NCBI GenBank assembly: GCA_016935335.1
Contig: JAFGRE010000058.1
Coordinates: 1 to 58,673, forward strand
DNA from: Deltaproteobacteria bacterium
GTDB taxonomy: Bacteria > Desulfobacterota > WTBG01 > JAGOGO01
Direction of reading: 5' to 3'
Length of the DNA: 58,673 bases
Shown here: piece by piece, positions 48,020 through 57,849 of the stretch
Layout of the letters: every line of letters begins with the position of its first letter
Position numbering within the stretch: the stretch's first letter is position 1
Notes under the pieces: model-generated
The model's input: the letters and a program-made list of their open reading frames with translations, nothing else
Told to the model about the DNA's origin: nothing
The model's database searches: none
Program-made: the position numbers and the translations under genes

Positions 48020-49577
48020 AGCGGTCAAACCCGGTCACTTTCCGATTGTGGCCTCATTGATCTGTATCCCTCTTATTGGAGTCATGGGTCTCATTCTTGC
48101 CGGGAGGGAAAGAGTGAGGCTGATGAAGGGGATAGCGCTTTTTGCGACTGTAAGTGAGGCTGCTTTTTCCCTTCTTTTGGTATCCAACTTCGATGCCGAG
48201 AACGGCGAAATGCAGTTTGTGGAAGCGCATACCTGGGTCTCTGAGTTGGGCGTTTCATACCAGGCGGGAATTGACGGGCTCAACCTGTGGCTGGTGGTTT
48301 TGTCCGCCCTGCTTTTGATGGTCTTGGTAATCAGCACCGGGAGCGTGGGTAACCACCAATGCCGGAAGACGTATTTCATTCGCCTTCTGCTCCTGGAATC
48401 AGCTGCAATCGGGGCGTTTGTTGCTACGGATGTATTTCTTTTCTATGTGTTCTGGGAAACCGCTTTGATCCCTGCCTACTTTTTGATGGGTTGGGAGGGA
48501 AATTCTAGTCGGCGGTCGGCTGCGGCAACAAAATGCGTGCTTTATAATATGGCGGGTGGACTTTTTCTGCTGGGAGGGATCGTTTATCTTTATTTCTATT
48601 ATCACAGCATCACCGGTGAATACTCCTGCAACCTTCTGCACTGGTACACGATGATTATTCCCGGTGAGGTGCAGCCCTGGCTTTTTCTGACGTTCACCAT
48701 CGCATTTGCCGTCCGGATTCCGCTGTTTCCGTTTCATACGTGGCTTCCCAACGCTTACACGGAAGCGTCTGTCGGGGGCAGGGTGGTTCTGGGGAGCATA
48801 TTTCTGGGGATGGGATGTTACGGTTTGCTGCGGTTCACCCTCCTTCTCTTTCCGCAGGCTGTGACGCAGTATGGTCATGTGGTGGCCTTTCTCGCCGTCT
48901 TCAGCTTACTCTATGGGGGGTTGGTAGCGGTGAGCCAGGATGATATTAACAGGCTTTTAGCCTATGCGTCGGTTAGTTCTCTTGGGTTTGCGGTGTTGGG
49001 TATATGCAGCGGTACCGTCTTGGGCATCACAGGAGGCGTTCTCCAGGTGATAAATCACGGGGTGGTTATGGCGGCCTTATTCTTGATGCTGGATATGCTT
49101 GATCGTCGTTGTTTTACGGGTACGGTAGGCGGGAGTCGTGGTCTGTGGAAAACGATGCCGGTCTTTGCCTTTGTCTTTCTGATAGTCTGCTGCGGCTGGA
49201 TGGGGGTCCCTGGTCTCAGCGGCTTCATCAGCGTTTTTCTGATTTTACTCGGAGGGTTTCGGACGAACGTGTGGTATGTAGTTTTTGGAGCCGGCGGCTT
49301 GGTGTTGGTTGCGATTTACGGATTCGGGGTGCTACAGCGAGTTTTTTTCGGCCAGGGGCTTGATCGGAAGGACCGGGATGGAGAGGACTTGAGCAACCGG
49401 GAACAGTGCGCCCTTTTACCCATCGTGATCCTGGTTTTCTGGATCGGTCTCTATCCTATGACTTTTGTGCAACCCGTGGAAACAACGGTAAGGGAGATGA
49501 TGCAGAGAGTAGAACTGAAAATTAAAAGTGCTAGCGACTCAAAGGCTGGAGACGTCGGCGTACCGGAGGCCGAATAA
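48009..49577 (+). CDS. NuoM/MrpD-like antiporter-type membrane subunit
   Basis: 522 aa. 'GIDGLNLWLVVLSALL', 'FVFWETALIPAYFLMGWEG', 'FAVRIPLFPFHTWLPNAYTEAS', 'LLAYASVSSLGF'. The ATG overlaps the upstream stop by 11 nt. Confidence 0.8.
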   Translation: MILEAVKPGHFPIVASLICIPLIGVMGLILAGRERVRLMKGIALFATVSEAAFSLLLVSNFDAENGEMQFVEAHTWVSELGVSYQAGIDGLNLWLVVLSALLLMVLVISTGSVGNHQCRKTYFIRLLLLESAAIGAFVATDVFLFYVFWETALIPAYFLMGWEGNSSRRSAAATKCVLYNMAGGLFLLGGIVYLYFYYHSITGEYSCNLLHWYTMIIPGEVQPWLFLTFTIAFAVRIPLFPFHTWLPNAYTEASVGGRVVLGSIFLGMGCYGLLRFTLLLFPQAVTQYGHVVAFLAVFSLLYGGLVAVSQDDINRLLAYASVSSLGFAVLGICSGTVLGITGGVLQVINHGVVMAALFLMLDMLDRRCFTGTVGGSRGLWKTMPVFAFVFLIVCCGWMGVPGLSGFISVFLILLGGFRTNVWYVVFGAGGLVLVAIYGFGVLQRVFFGQGLDRKDRDGEDLSNREQCALLPIVILVFWIGLYPMTFVQPVETTVREMMQRVELKIKSASDSKAGDVGVPEAE

Positions 49578-49859
49578 TCACCGTGGGATAAAAGAGGCAC
49601 CAGAACGCTGTCCACCGTCGTTGTCATGGACAACCGATAATGCTTTGATTCAGTCAGCAAATAGTAGGCAGGGGAGGGAGAGAGAAGAATATCCAACACG
49701 TGGATTAGAGATAGAGAACACGTGATGATCCAAACAATCTCACACTTCATGCAACGTGAAGGAGAAAGAGCCGGATTTCGGCGTCGCAGCTTTTGGTTGC
49801 GGTTCTACTTAGGAGAGGACCACGGGTGCATTATTGAGGGTAGAGAGGAGGTGGTGTTT

Positions 49860-50210
49860 ATGAATACGCTGAAAGATGTTGCGGATAATCTCTTTGAATG
49901 GCTGGTAGCTCAAGTGGCGATCGAGGAGGGTTTAAACCCCGAGGAGGTGATACGACGGTTTGCCGTTCACCAGACCGGCGGAAACACGATACAAATCGAA
50001 TCCGACAGATTTCGGATCACGCTCATAGAAGAGGATACAATGGATGAGGAGATTCTCCTGGGGGTCAACATTACACTGGACACCGACAGGTTTGAAAAAC
50101 TTGCATTGGCGAAGTTTACCGCCTCGTTGATGGGAATGCTCTATAGCCATGACCTCGTTTACCTGGGGGATATTTCGGTAGAGGATATGGAGAAACGAGC
50201 GCAACTTTGA
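49860..50210 (+). CDS. small acidic hypothetical protein (116 aa)
   Basis: GAGGAGG lies 9 nt upstream of ATG 49860. The track ORF begins at 49722 without an RBS. No family recognised. Confidence 0.45.
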   Translation: MNTLKDVADNLFEWLVAQVAIEEGLNPEEVIRRFAVHQTGGNTIQIESDRFRITLIEEDTMDEEILLGVNITLDTDRFEKLALAKFTASLMGMLYSHDLVYLGDISVEDMEKRAQL

Positions 50211-50274
50211 TTACAAGGGAAATAGAAGAGCGGTGGCGCGGTGGAAGAAATGAAGGGATACGGATCCGAAAGCG

Positions 50275-51645
50275 TTACTGGGAGCCGTTCTTTACCTCGA
50301 TGTTTAAACTCTTAATTTTGCGGTGCAGGTGGCTTCGCTCAATCCCGATGGATTCGGCGGTTTTAGAGATGTTATGATCGAATTGGGACAGTTTAAACGC
50401 GATATACTGACGCTCAAATTCATCCTTTGCTTCTCGTAGGCTCTCGAGGGTGAAGAGTTCGGAATGATCGTCAGAGAGTGATTGGCTTATGATAGTTGGC
50501 CTCACATCCTCCGGCTTGATGTATTGCCCCCTCGTCATAATCACTAGGCGTTCGACGACGTTCTTGAGTTCCCTCACATTGCCGGGCCAGTGATAGTCTA
50601 TGAGCATATCCATAGCCTCCGGAACTATCTGTTTGTCTTCTATTTTTAGCTCTTCGGCGAAGATTTTGAGAAACTCTTTCGCAAGGATCGGGATATCTTC
50701 CTTCCGATCCCGCAAGGGAGGGACAACGATGGGAATGACATTGATCCGAAAGAAAAGGTCTTCGCGGAATTTTCCGTGTCCGATTTCCGCTTCAAGGTTC
50801 TTATTTGTCGCGGCGATTATCCTGACATCCACTTCAATGGTTTTCGCTCCTCCCACGCGTTCAAACTTTTGTTCTTCCAGAATGCGCAAAATCTTTGCCT
50901 GGGTTTTTAGACTCATGTCTCCGATTTCGTCCAGGAAGAGGGTTCCTTCGTGGGCGAGATCAAACTTCCCCTGTTTGCGGGCGGTAGCTCCGGTGAAGGC
51001 TCCCTTTTCATGACCAAAGAGTTCGCTCTCGATAAGTTCTTCAGGAATGGCGGCGCAATTGACCTCGATAAAAGGCTTGTTGCTACGCAGACTCTTGAGG
51101 TGAAGCATTCGTGCCACCCGTTCTTTCCCACTCCCGTTTTCTCCGGTGATAAGGATCGAAGCATTTGTGGGAGCGGCACGCGCGATGCCCTCTTCAAGCT
51201 TAGTGATGCTGGGGCTTCTGCCGTCGATATGCGGGTCCGCAAAAACCCTCTGTCGCAGCAGTCGGTTCTCCCGGTTTAGCTTAAGAAAGTCAAAGGCGTG
51301 TTTAACGGTAATTACGACTTTTTCCAGCGAGAGGGGTTTTTCGATAAAGTCAAACGCTCCATACTTAATGGCTTTAACTGCGGTCTCGATGGTTCCGTAC
51401 GCCGAAATAATGATGACGGATATATCGGCGTATCGCTCCTTTATCTTTCTCAGAACCTCGATGCCGTCGATCCCCGGCATGACGATGTCGAGGAATACGA
51501 GATCAGGGGGGTCATCCTCTACCATTTTTAGAGCCGCGGGACCGTCTTCTGCTACGGCAATCTCGTATCCTTCATCGAGGAGGATACCGCTAAGGGATTC
51601 CCGTATGCTTGATTCATCATCGACGATAAGTATGTTTTGTTTCAC
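50275..51645 (-). CDS. sigma-54-dependent response regulator (NtrC/NtrX family)
   Basis: Receiver 'ILIVDDE...LVFLDIVMPG', AAA+ Walker A 'GENGSGKE', 'GAFTGA', C-terminal Fis-type HTH. Confidence 0.9.
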   Translation of the reverse strand: MKQNILIVDDESSIRESLSGILLDEGYEIAVAEDGPAALKMVEDDPPDLVFLDIVMPGIDGIEVLRKIKERYADISVIIISAYGTIETAVKAIKYGAFDFIEKPLSLEKVVITVKHAFDFLKLNRENRLLRQRVFADPHIDGRSPSITKLEEGIARAAPTNASILITGENGSGKERVARMLHLKSLRSNKPFIEVNCAAIPEELIESELFGHEKGAFTGATARKQGKFDLAHEGTLFLDEIGDMSLKTQAKILRILEEQKFERVGGAKTIEVDVRIIAATNKNLEAEIGHGKFREDLFFRINVIPIVVPPLRDRKEDIPILAKEFLKIFAEELKIEDKQIVPEAMDMLIDYHWPGNVRELKNVVERLVIMTRGQYIKPEDVRPTIISQSLSDDHSELFTLESLREAKDEFERQYIAFKLSQFDHNISKTAESIGIERSHLHRKIKSLNIEVKNGSQ

Positions 51646-51731
51646 CCTCTTGTCCCGTTCGCAGGTGGCGATTTCTGGAGTAAATAACCGGTCGAAAAGA
51701 GTATGTCACGTAGTGCCATAGGCAGCGCGTT

Positions 51732-53996
51732 TCAGGTTTCGACCGGCAGTTCGATCCGGAACACCGTTCCTTTTGGTTTGTTGTTTTTTACCCGAACATA
51801 ACCGTGATGGTTGGTGACGATTGAGTTGACAATGGTTAAACCCAAGCCCGTTCCCGATTTCTTGGTTGAAAAGTAAGGCTCGAAAAGGCGGGCGCTGATT
51901 TCCGAAGGGATGCCACAGCCGTCGTCGGCGATTTCAACTCCTGCCATATTCTGCTTAGGTTCATAAAATGTTCTTATTGATATGGTGCCATTATTTTCCA
52001 ACGCGGCCACCGCATTGTCAAGAAGGTTGATACAGGCCCTTTTGATTTGGTTCTTATCCAGGTTAAGCACCGGCAAGGTACTGGCGGCGTCAAAGTAAAA
52101 GGTGATTTTACGGTGTGCCTCTCGATAAACTGGAAGCGTTTCAGCAATAATTTTGTTCAGATTATGAGGTGATGGTTTGGTTGAAGGCATGCGCGCGAAC
52201 CTGTAAAACTCATTGACCATGTTCTTCAGAAGCTCGACTTGAGTAATGATCGTATGGGTACACTCGTTAAATACTTGACCGTCGTCAACAAATTTGTCCT
52301 GATAGCGACGCCGCAATCGCTGGGCGGAGAGTTGAATGGGGGTTAATGGGTTCTTTATTTCGTGGGCAATCCGTTGCGCGACCTCTCTCCAGGCGGCAAT
52401 ACGCTGAGCTTTTTGAAGCTCGGTCACATCCTCAACGACGATGACCAGGCCAAGATAGTTTTCCCGTTCGTCGCGAAGAGGGGTGATATAGGTTGTAAGA
52501 TGGAGAGTTTTTGTTGGAAGGGGAAGCTCGATTTCCTTTTCGAAGGTAAAACTGCTTGATCGATCGATCTCCTGTAAAAGACTCTCTACCTGCTGAAGGT
52601 ACCGAGGAGGAAGAATATCACGATAGTTCTTATTGAGGACCGATTCAACTTTGAGACCAAGTATCTTCCCCACGGACTTATTGATGGTTGTAATTCGGCC
52701 GCGGTTATCCAGGGATATAACGCCGGCGGCGACATTCTTAAGGATGATCTCCATATAGGTTCGGCGTTGATCGAGTTCGATATTGGTATCCTTCAAATTT
52801 TTGTTTATCTGTTTCAGCTGTTCCTGTCCGGTCTTCAAGTCGTGGGTCATCTTGTTAAATGAGGCCACCAGGCTGCCAATTTCATCATCAGCTTTGCTGG
52901 CGTCAATGTGAACATCAAGGTTGCCGTTCGCTACCTGCGCCGTGCCTTCGGCAAGGTCCTTAATGGGTCCCGTGATATTTTTTGCCAGGTGAAAACCGAA
53001 CATGATAGCGGAAAGGATAATCAGCAGAGTAACGATTGACAAAAAGATTATATAGGTGATTTTAATCGGCCACTGGGTAAGTTGAAGGCGTTTGTAGTCG
53101 GAAAAAGCATTTGATATGCGGGACATTTTTTTGACCAGGCTTTGGGGAACGTAGTAACTGACGACGACGAGCCCTTGAGGTTTCTGGCGACTTCGTGGCG
53201 TATGAATAGGGACAATTCCTCGAATCACGTCACTGTTCCCAAGGGATTGGACTTTGGTGAGTTCGTTGCCGGCAAGTCCTTCCTTAACCAGAGGTGAGCC
53301 GGGATCTAAAGCGATATTAGCGGAAACCATTGCGGTGACGGCGATACTTCGGGGATGTGGGGAGACGGAAAATATTTCAATGGCTCCCACATGATATTCC
53401 CCTTGCTTGGCCTCGATAAACTTTTGAAGTTGAGGGTTATGGGTTGAACTTGTAAGGTTGTTTTTGATGACGGCGTGACTAATGTCCCTGGCGAAAAAGA
53501 GGGCGTTGTTGCTTAAATCCTCGTAATAGGTTTGAGCGACTTCCAGCGATTCTTCGAGGGATTCCTCCATTTGAAAGCTGAACCAGTTATCGATGGTGTT
53601 AACAATGAAGCTCGCTGAAATCCAGAAGAGAAGGAGGGTGGGTATTATGGAGAGGGCAACAAATGAGGCAACCAACTTCATTCGCAGCTTTGATCCCAGG
53701 ATGCCACGCCGGCGCTCAAAGAAAAGCTTGACCAGATTACGGATTACCAGGAAAACCAAAAAGGTGAGGAGAAGAATATTTACATTCAGCAGGAAGTAGA
53801 CGAGGATGTTATTGGTGATCGGAATCTGACCACGGGTCTTGGAAAAGTAAGATTCAAGGAGAGTCAGCGCGACAATAACAATGGCGGTAAAAATAATGAG
53901 ATAGCGTTCTCTCCGCCTCCGGATCTGCTCCGGATCGTTGGTCTCTGTTTGTGCGGTGGCTTTTATGCGTGACCCTGGTCTTGGGAAGGATAGCAT
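51732..53996 (-). CDS. NtrY-like sensor histidine kinase (TM, HAMP, PAS, HisKA, HATPase)
   Basis: Multiple N-terminal TM helices, HAMP 'ITGPIKDLAEGTAQVANGNLD', H-box 'AHEIKNPLTPIQLSAQRL', G-box 'DDGCGI...GTGLGL'. Confidence 0.85.
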   Translation of the reverse strand: MLSFPRPGSRIKATAQTETNDPEQIRRRRERYLIIFTAIVIVALTLLESYFSKTRGQIPITNNILVYFLLNVNILLLTFLVFLVIRNLVKLFFERRRGILGSKLRMKLVASFVALSIIPTLLLFWISASFIVNTIDNWFSFQMEESLEESLEVAQTYYEDLSNNALFFARDISHAVIKNNLTSSTHNPQLQKFIEAKQGEYHVGAIEIFSVSPHPRSIAVTAMVSANIALDPGSPLVKEGLAGNELTKVQSLGNSDVIRGIVPIHTPRSRQKPQGLVVVSYYVPQSLVKKMSRISNAFSDYKRLQLTQWPIKITYIIFLSIVTLLIILSAIMFGFHLAKNITGPIKDLAEGTAQVANGNLDVHIDASKADDEIGSLVASFNKMTHDLKTGQEQLKQINKNLKDTNIELDQRRTYMEIILKNVAAGVISLDNRGRITTINKSVGKILGLKVESVLNKNYRDILPPRYLQQVESLLQEIDRSSSFTFEKEIELPLPTKTLHLTTYITPLRDERENYLGLVIVVEDVTELQKAQRIAAWREVAQRIAHEIKNPLTPIQLSAQRLRRRYQDKFVDDGQVFNECTHTIITQVELLKNMVNEFYRFARMPSTKPSPHNLNKIIAETLPVYREAHRKITFYFDAASTLPVLNLDKNQIKRACINLLDNAVAALENNGTISIRTFYEPKQNMAGVEIADDGCGIPSEISARLFEPYFSTKKSGTGLGLTIVNSIVTNHHGYVRVKNNKPKGTVFRIELPVET

Positions 53997-54004
53997 TGTA
54001 TTCG

Positions 54005-54577
54005 CTAATAGCTAAATCGTTCCACCACCCACGGAGTCTCAAAATTCATCCATTTAAGGAAAAAGAGCAGGTAGTTGAGAAAAAGGGGTGGCTCGATCCC
54101 TTTGGATTCGGCTTTGATCCTGAAATAGTAATTCTTGTTGCGGTCCAATTTCCACATTGGATAAAGAGAGGGAATGTTAATGGAATTCATTTGTTTCTTG
54201 GCTTCGTGCAAGGTTGACAGTTCTACCGCGATATCGCCGTTTCCCTTATTGTTTTGTTCGGTGATCGTATATTCCTTTTTGAGGGCGTTGTATTTAAGGG
54301 TCTTCGTAAAGGAGAAAGACGAAATAAGATTATCTCCTCGGATGGAGCGCTCCTGGAACAACTCTACGTAAAAGGTGAAAACAGCCGGTATGCCATCATT
54401 AATCGCCTCCTCCATCCTGGGGCTAAAGGTGTTGGCCAATCGAAATCGAAGATGCAGATGGGCCGAAGAGTTGGAGATAGAGATGTCTCGGATAGCAGCA
54501 TCCTCGGCAAATGAGGCGGAAGAAAGCGCGAAGACGATTACTCCGATGCAGGCGAAAAATGTTCTAAGGACCTTCAT
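54005..54577 (-). CDS. DUF4390-family secreted protein (usual partner of NtrY/NtrX)
   Basis: Signal peptide 'MKVLRTFFACIGVIVFALSSASFA'. 'MEEAINDGIPAVFTFYVELF' matches my memory of DUF4390. Sits 8 nt upstream of the kinase gene. Confidence 0.6.
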   Translation of the reverse strand: MKVLRTFFACIGVIVFALSSASFAEDAAIRDISISNSSAHLHLRFRLANTFSPRMEEAINDGIPAVFTFYVELFQERSIRGDNLISSFSFTKTLKYNALKKEYTITEQNNKGNGDIAVELSTLHEAKKQMNSINIPSLYPMWKLDRNKNYYFRIKAESKGIEPPLFLNYLLFFLKWMNFETPWVVERFSY

Positions 54578-54792
54578 TCCACAATGGAGAGACTCAATGT
54601 AAAAATAAGAAATTCCGTTTTGCTTCCTTATTAGCAGTGAAGCAACAGGCAATAGCCCTTTCACCAAATTAGTTAAGAATAGCCTACTATTGAGGGAAAA
54701 GCAAGATCAATGACGGGTCATCCATGAATGAAGGAAAGGCGGGAGAATGTTAAGACCTTAGAACCTGAAGGATTTGTTTTATTGATGGACAA

Positions 54793-55713
54793 TTAGGCAG
54801 AGAGACGGAGGAATTCGGAACGGCGGACTTTTTGGAATCTCGCCGTACTCTTTGAAGAAACGATTTGAGCTAAATGCCAATTCCGATATTGATCGAGAAC
54901 TGTTCTTAAAAATTGATGATTAAGAAAGTGTCCTGATTTATGTACGTTAATGCGAGCGATAATTGGATGCCCGAGTAGCGATAAGTCGCCGATAAAATCG
55001 AGAATTTTATGTCGAACAAACTCATCGGGGAATCTGAGGCCCTCCTCATTGAGAACCCTGTCCTTATCGACCACCACGGCGTTTTCAAGGGAGCCTCCTT
55101 GGGCAAAACCATTGGCCCGCAGGGCCTCCACCTCTTCTCGGAGACAAAAAGTTCGTGCAGAGCAGATGCTTTCGATGAAAGTTTTACGGGAGAAGTCGAA
55201 GGTGAATGTCTGTTTGGAGATTACCGGATGATTAAAGTCGATGGTATAATCGATTATTAATCGATCAGATGGATATGCTTCAATGTACTTGTCCTCACAT
55301 TGAATTTTGATGGGCTCCCGTATGACCACGTATTTTTTGAGAGCATCCTGATACTTAAGACTAGCTGATTCGAGGATGGTAACAAACGGCCGGGCACTTC
55401 CGTCGAGGATTGGAATTTCCGGAGCATCGAGTTCGATACGGACGTTGTCAATACCGAGGCCCGCTAAAGATGCAAGGAGGTGTTCCACCGTGTAGATTCC
55501 GGTACCATTGTTTCCGATGGTCGTTGCCAACTTGCCGTCGGTAACATTAGCCAAAATGGCACGGGTCGGCTCTGCGTGGGGAACATCCGTACGAAGAAAA
55601 ACAATGCCGGTATTGGGTGGGGCGGGTTTAAGAGTGAGGTTTACCTTCTTGCCAATGTGTAGGCCGATGCCGCTGAATGAAATTTCGTGTTTTAGGGTGC
55701 GTTGGTAAGGCAA
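54793..55713 (-). CDS. lpxC: UDP-3-O-acyl-N-acetylglucosamine deacetylase
   Basis: 'QRTLKHEISFSGIGLHIGKKV', 'TVEHLLASLAGLGIDN', 'HKILDFIGDLSLLG', 'KSGHFLNHQFL'. TTG start with AGAGGA RBS. Confidence 0.95.
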   Translation of the reverse strand: MPYQRTLKHEISFSGIGLHIGKKVNLTLKPAPPNTGIVFLRTDVPHAEPTRAILANVTDGKLATTIGNNGTGIYTVEHLLASLAGLGIDNVRIELDAPEIPILDGSARPFVTILESASLKYQDALKKYVVIREPIKIQCEDKYIEAYPSDRLIIDYTIDFNHPVISKQTFTFDFSRKTFIESICSARTFCLREEVEALRANGFAQGGSLENAVVVDKDRVLNEEGLRFPDEFVRHKILDFIGDLSLLGHPIIARINVHKSGHFLNHQFLRTVLDQYRNWHLAQIVSSKSTARFQKVRRSEFLRLSA

Positions 55714-56001
55714 AGAAGATTCCTCTTCGATTTAAGTTCATTATTTGGGTGAAAAGAAAGCAATCTTTATGCCAGCGCAACACCAGAAACAGCTCTGGTA
55801 TAACTATCTAGAATTACGTTAGATTTTAAAACAATGGGGTAGCCAGGAAGATCGCCACAAACGGAAGACACCGTAAGTATTGTAAAAGTGCCACAGGGGT
55901 GTTGCAAAAAAACCACCTTTTCATTCAGGTTGTCCCTTCAGACGGCTCTGGTATCGAAGACCATCTTACTACCTTATGGTTTCCGACCTCTCGCACTTTG
56001 G

Positions 56002-57831
56002 TTAATCCTCGTCTTCTTCCAGTTTGGCAAGATCCTCGAAACGAATGTCGATCCCGAGGATACCCATGATCGTTCCCTCGTTGTCGCGGATGGGTCCGGA
56101 AACAGTGACAATCAGTCTTCCGGTTATGAAGGAGGTTTTGATGTCGGTAACATGGATTTTCCCGTCTTCAAGGGGTTTGATAAACCATTCTCGATTGGAA
56201 AAATCTTCATTGAGGCCGAAATGTGCATACTTGGCTCGGTCGACAATTTGGGTTATGTTCTTGGTAATTTTCTTGCCGTCAAGGTTGCAGATGTAAGTGA
56301 GCTGGATAAAAGGATTGTCGGTAACCAGTTCCTCCAGAACCGGTTCCTGCAACGGCGGATTCATGGATCTGATTTCCGGTAATTCGATTACTTTTTCGAT
56401 CAGATGCGCGGCCATATCATAGGCACGTTGTTTGACTTTGTCGTATTCAGAAATGAAGTAATGCGGCAAGTACCTACGGGCCAACTCTTCCATTTCCTTA
56501 CGGGAAAATGAAGTAATTCTTCCCTTTTCATATTGGCGCATGATGGCCTGATGGAGCTTGGTCACACCTGGGTGTAACTTGTCCACCTGTTCGTTGATTC
56601 CCCTCATCTTGAGTTCCGCATTTATCCAGAAGGTGATTCCTGCAAGGCCCGACTTGTCGGTTATCTGGACGCGGGGAGGGCGGTTGAGAAGCTTTGTGGT
56701 GTCGAAGGCGTTATAAATTTTCTCGTCTTTTAGCAGGCCATCAACATGGATGCCGGCACTGGTGGAGTTAAAGTCGGAGCCCACAAAGGGATAGTTCGAC
56801 GGAATGTGAACATCAAGTTCCTTTTCCGCATAAGTAGCGATCTCGGTAATGACGCGGGTGTCGATACCGTGGTTGTCTCCACGCAGTCCGATATACTCAA
56901 TGATGAGGCCTTCTATAGAGGGATTGCCGGTCCTTTCGCCGAAGCTGAGAATGGTCCCGTTGGCATAGTAACACCCATAAAGCCAGGCGCTCGCCGCGTT
57001 AATGTGTACTTTGTGAAAGTCATTGTGACCGTGCCATTCCAGGTATTTCCCCGGCACTCCGGCATCGTCGATCATTGCCCTAACCAGCTTGGGAACGCTT
57101 CGAGGGAGGGCGGCGCTTGGGAAGGTGATGCCGTAGCCGAGGGTGTCGCAGAGCCGAATTTTTACCGGGCGCTTGGCTTCCTCGCTTAACTTCATCAACT
57201 CAATGGCAAAGGGAATGACAAAACCATAAATATCCGCTCGCGTTACGTCTTCAAAGTGGCAGCGCGGAGTTATTCCCTTATCCAGGGCGGCCCTTGCTAT
57301 ACTGAGATATTTCTCAAGAGCTTGTTTGCGAGTCAGATGCAATTTTAAGAAGATGTGGTAATCGGAGACTGAGGTGAGGATACCGGTCTCCGACAGGCCG
57401 ATCTCCTTTACGAGGCCGAGATCGTTTTCGTTCGCCCTGATCCAGCCGGTTATTTCAGGATAGTGATAACCCTTTTCGAGGCATTGTCCCACAGCTTGCC
57501 GATCCCGTTCGCTGTAGAGAAAAAATTCCGATTGTCGAATGACGCCGTTGGGACCTCCCAACCGGTGCAGTAAATCAAAAATATCTACAACCTGTTTTAC
57601 CTGAAAAGGCGGTCGAGCTTGCTGCCCGTCTCGAAAGGTAGTGTCAGTTATGTACATTGATTTCGCGGGCTGAATAGGAATGATCTTGTTGTCAAACTCT
57701 ATTCGCGGCACTTGGTCATAAGGAAAAATTTCCTCCAGCAGACATGGTTGGTCGGTGTCAACAAGTTGATACTTCTGATACTTGGTTGGTTCGTGACGAA
57801 AGAGATGAATGTCCTTGTCCCATTTTCCCAT
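56002..57831 (-). CDS. HMGL-family synthase (Re-citrate synthase / homocitrate / isopropylmalate synthase-like) with a C-terminal Cache/PAS-like domain
   Basis: 'ITDTTFRDGQQ' at aa 61-71, 'RLCDTLGYG', 'EWHGHNDFH'. The last ~126 aa (nt 56005-56382) read 'FIQLTYICNLDGKKI...REWFIKPLEDGKIHVTDIKTSFITGRLIVTVSGPIRDNEGTIMGILGIDIRFEDL'. Confidence 0.75.
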   Translation of the reverse strand: MGKWDKDIHLFRHEPTKYQKYQLVDTDQPCLLEEIFPYDQVPRIEFDNKIIPIQPAKSMYITDTTFRDGQQARPPFQVKQVVDIFDLLHRLGGPNGVIRQSEFFLYSERDRQAVGQCLEKGYHYPEITGWIRANENDLGLVKEIGLSETGILTSVSDYHIFLKLHLTRKQALEKYLSIARAALDKGITPRCHFEDVTRADIYGFVIPFAIELMKLSEEAKRPVKIRLCDTLGYGITFPSAALPRSVPKLVRAMIDDAGVPGKYLEWHGHNDFHKVHINAASAWLYGCYYANGTILSFGERTGNPSIEGLIIEYIGLRGDNHGIDTRVITEIATYAEKELDVHIPSNYPFVGSDFNSTSAGIHVDGLLKDEKIYNAFDTTKLLNRPPRVQITDKSGLAGITFWINAELKMRGINEQVDKLHPGVTKLHQAIMRQYEKGRITSFSRKEMEELARRYLPHYFISEYDKVKQRAYDMAAHLIEKVIELPEIRSMNPPLQEPVLEELVTDNPFIQLTYICNLDGKKITKNITQIVDRAKYAHFGLNEDFSNREWFIKPLEDGKIHVTDIKTSFITGRLIVTVSGPIRDNEGTIMGILGIDIRFEDLAKLEEDED

Positions 57832-57849
57832 CGTAGTTTCTCCTGCAAA

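Noticed and set aside
55888-55906. GTGCCACAGGGGTGTTGCA, resembling a sigma-54 -24/-12 element
   Set aside because: The -24 GG is missing on the plus strand (TGCCAC, not TGGCAC), and no plus-strand gene lies downstream. On the minus strand the TTGCA and TGGCAC elements are in the wrong order.
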